Assembly (NCBI GenBank): GCA_034670305.1
Contig: JAXMNT010000004.1
Coordinates: 96,001 to 160,000 of the forward strand
Length of the DNA: 64,000 nucleotides
Direction of reading: 5' to 3'
Origin: Deltaproteobacteria bacterium
GTDB taxonomy: Bacteria > Myxococcota_A > Polyangia > Polyangiales > Houyiibacteriaceae
Part shown: positions 62,342 through 64,000 of the stretch, one piece after another
Position numbering within the stretch: the first letter of the stretch is position 1
Layout of the letters: each line of letters starts with the position of its first letter
Made by a program: the position numbers and the translations under genes
Notes under the pieces: model-generated
Seen by the model: the letters and a program-made list of their open reading frames with translations, nothing else
What the model was told of the DNA's origin: nothing
Database searches by the model: none

Positions 62342-64000
62342 CTAGCGCAGAACCGTCAGCGCTCGGGTGAGGCGGGCGACGGTGTGGGCGAGGGGGCGGG
62401 CTGGACGCACGCCGGCCCACAGGCGGACTTCGAACGTCTTGGCGGCACGGGCGAGTTGGGTGAGCGCTTCGTGGGGGTCTTCCGTGTCCAGCTCAGCTCG
62501 GACGGAGCGATGGGACTTCGAGAGTTGGAACGGCAGCGGCGTGCCGCTCGTTTGACCGAGCGCGCGCGTCACGTCGTCCTGCTCGACCGGAGGTTTCCGG
62601 TAGTCGCGGTAGAACATGCCGTGTACGCGGACCGGTGCGCGCGGAAGCCAGACCGCGGTACCGCCGGCTTCTTGAACCCGGAGTCCGAGACGGGTGCGGG
62701 GTCGGGCGAGGTCGACGAGCACGCAGTTGCCGGCGTGGCTGGATTTGCGCGGGTGCTTCATCGAGGCGTGGAACGAGCGCGCGCGGTCGACGTCCGCGAA
62801 CCACAGCGCGAGGTAGCCGCGCGCGTCGGGGTCACCCGGCCCGCCTCCCACCGACGACTTGAGGGTGTCGACCAGCCGGTCTTCGTCCTCGTGTCCGAGC
62901 AGTTCGGCGACCAGCGGATGACCCGCGTCCGAGGCGACCGATTGCGCGGACGCGAGCACCTCGGTCCAGTCGGACTTCTTGTCGGCGGCGGTTGCGAAGA
63001 GCGTGTCGCCGTGCCGCTGCACCGACTTGGCGAACGCCGTCTGGAAGAGCGCGTCGCCGATCGCCTTGTCGCCACCCGCGCCGCCGATCGCGAACACGAG
63101 CTCGGCCGAGTGGTGGATGTGGACGGCGCTGTGCACGACGAGGCCGCCGTTCTTCCAGACGACTTCGCGCAGGCCCGGCAACGCGTCGTACGCATCGTAG
63201 CCGGTGGCGAGCAGCGTGGATCCGACCGCGCGCACCTGGACGTTGTCGCCTTCGCGATCGGGTTTCACGCCGTGCTCGGCGAAGAACCCGCGCAACACCG
63301 GGTTCTCGTGCGAGCTGCCGCCCGCGTCGATTAGTGCGTCGGCGATCGTCGTGGGCACGGCCGGGTCGTCGAATCGCGCGACCATCACCGTGTCGCCGCT
63401 GTTGTTGCTCGAGAACCCGGCGTAGAGCCGAACGCCATCGCTCAACCCAGAACCCTCGAACGGTCGCGCGCATCCCTTCACGTGGGCGGCAGCGCCGGAG
63501 TCGAAGTCGAAGTCGCGGTACTGCGCGAGCAAGTCGGCCGCGCCATCGAACGAACGGCGCGTTTGGTGGAAGGAACACGGGCGGAACGTCCGGTCCGGAT
63601 CGACGACGACGAAGTCGTCCCCCGCGCCGCACGCGTCGTTGGCGGTGCCATGAAAGAGACGCGGCGTGTTCGGAAGCTGGTCCGCGAAACAGTGGCTGAG
63701 TCGAATCGAGACGGGGCTGCGCGCGATGACGGACTCCAGCGCATCGAACCCATCGGCGCTTAGATGAAGTGGTTGGTCGCCGAGGTAGCGGAGCAGCGCG
63801 ACGTTGTCGCAGCCGAGTTCCGCGAGCTGCGCGAGCAAGGCCGGCAACGCATCGAGCGTCTCTGGGCGCACGACGATGTTCGCCGCGGTGCGAATGCCCG
63901 CCGCGACCAACATCGCAACGGCTTCGCCCCACGGCTCGTCTTCGTAGATCGAGACCCGTGCTTCGCCGAGCGAACCGGACAGCGCTTCTGCGATGGCCGG
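62342..64000 (-). CDS. Probable radical SAM/SPASM protein with long C-terminal extension (5' part outside the window)
   Basis: RVSIY.D, ANIVV, SPASM-like [21 protein letters not shown]...C; the CxxxCxxC motif is not in the window. Confidence 0.7.
   Translation of the reverse strand, partial: PAIAEALSGSLGEARVSIYEDEPWGEAVAMLVAAGIRTAANIVVRPETLDALPALLAQLAELGCDNVALLRYLGDQPLHLSADGFDALESVIARSPVSIRLSHCFADQLPNTPRLFHGTANDACGAGDDFVVVDPDRTFRPCSFHQTRRSFDGAADLLAQYRDFDFDSGAAAHVKGCARPFEGSGLSDGVRLYAGFSSNNSGDTVMVARFDDPAVPTTIADALIDAGGSSHENPVLRGFFAEHGVKPDREGDNVQVRAVGSTLLATGYDAYDALPGLREVVWKNGGLVVHSAVHIHHSAELVFAIGGAGGDKAIGDALFQTAFAKSVQRHGDTLFATAADKKSDWTEVLASAQSVASDAGHPLVAELLGHEDEDRLVDTLKSSVGGGPGDPDARGYLALWFADVDRARSFHASMKHPRKSSHAGNCVLVDLARPRTRLGLRVQEAGGTAVWLPRAPVRVHGMFYRDYRKPPVEQDDVTRALGQTSGTPLPFQLSKSHRSVRAELDTEDPHEALTQLARAAKTFEVRLWAGVRPARPLAHTVARLTRALTVLR

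Overview
A very GC-rich window, most likely from a myxobacterium (Myxococcota, Polyangiales-like). This is inferred from the PilZ/TIGR02266-like and TIGR04551-like genes, eukaryotic-type Ser/Thr kinases and Cys-rich lipoproteins. Most of it is core chromosome: an S1-domain protein, yicC, gmk, radA, rnj, tig-clpP-clpX-lon, trpE, glyA and two tRNA-Val genes. It also holds an ECF sigma/anti-sigma/kinase cluster, a Cpx-like two-component module, a TetR-TolC-MFP-RND efflux operon, a Cache-HAMP adenylate cyclase, a FadL-like transporter and a partial radical SAM gene. No CRISPR array, integrase, transposase or reverse transcriptase is visible. The unusual material is non-coding: (1) about a dozen mosaic hexamer-period tandem-repeat tracts (roughly 3 kb in total), mostly (CCGA-NN)n, in intergenic gaps and twice in frame inside genes; (2) a family of REP-like multi-hairpin elements with GAA-loop mini-hairpins, often directly next to those tracts; (3) a frameshifted four-helix-bundle (Avd/IVP-like) gene inside one such composite between clpP and clpX; (4) a ~265-bp foldback element upstream of radA. 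All calls come from reading the sequence by eye; no database searches were run.
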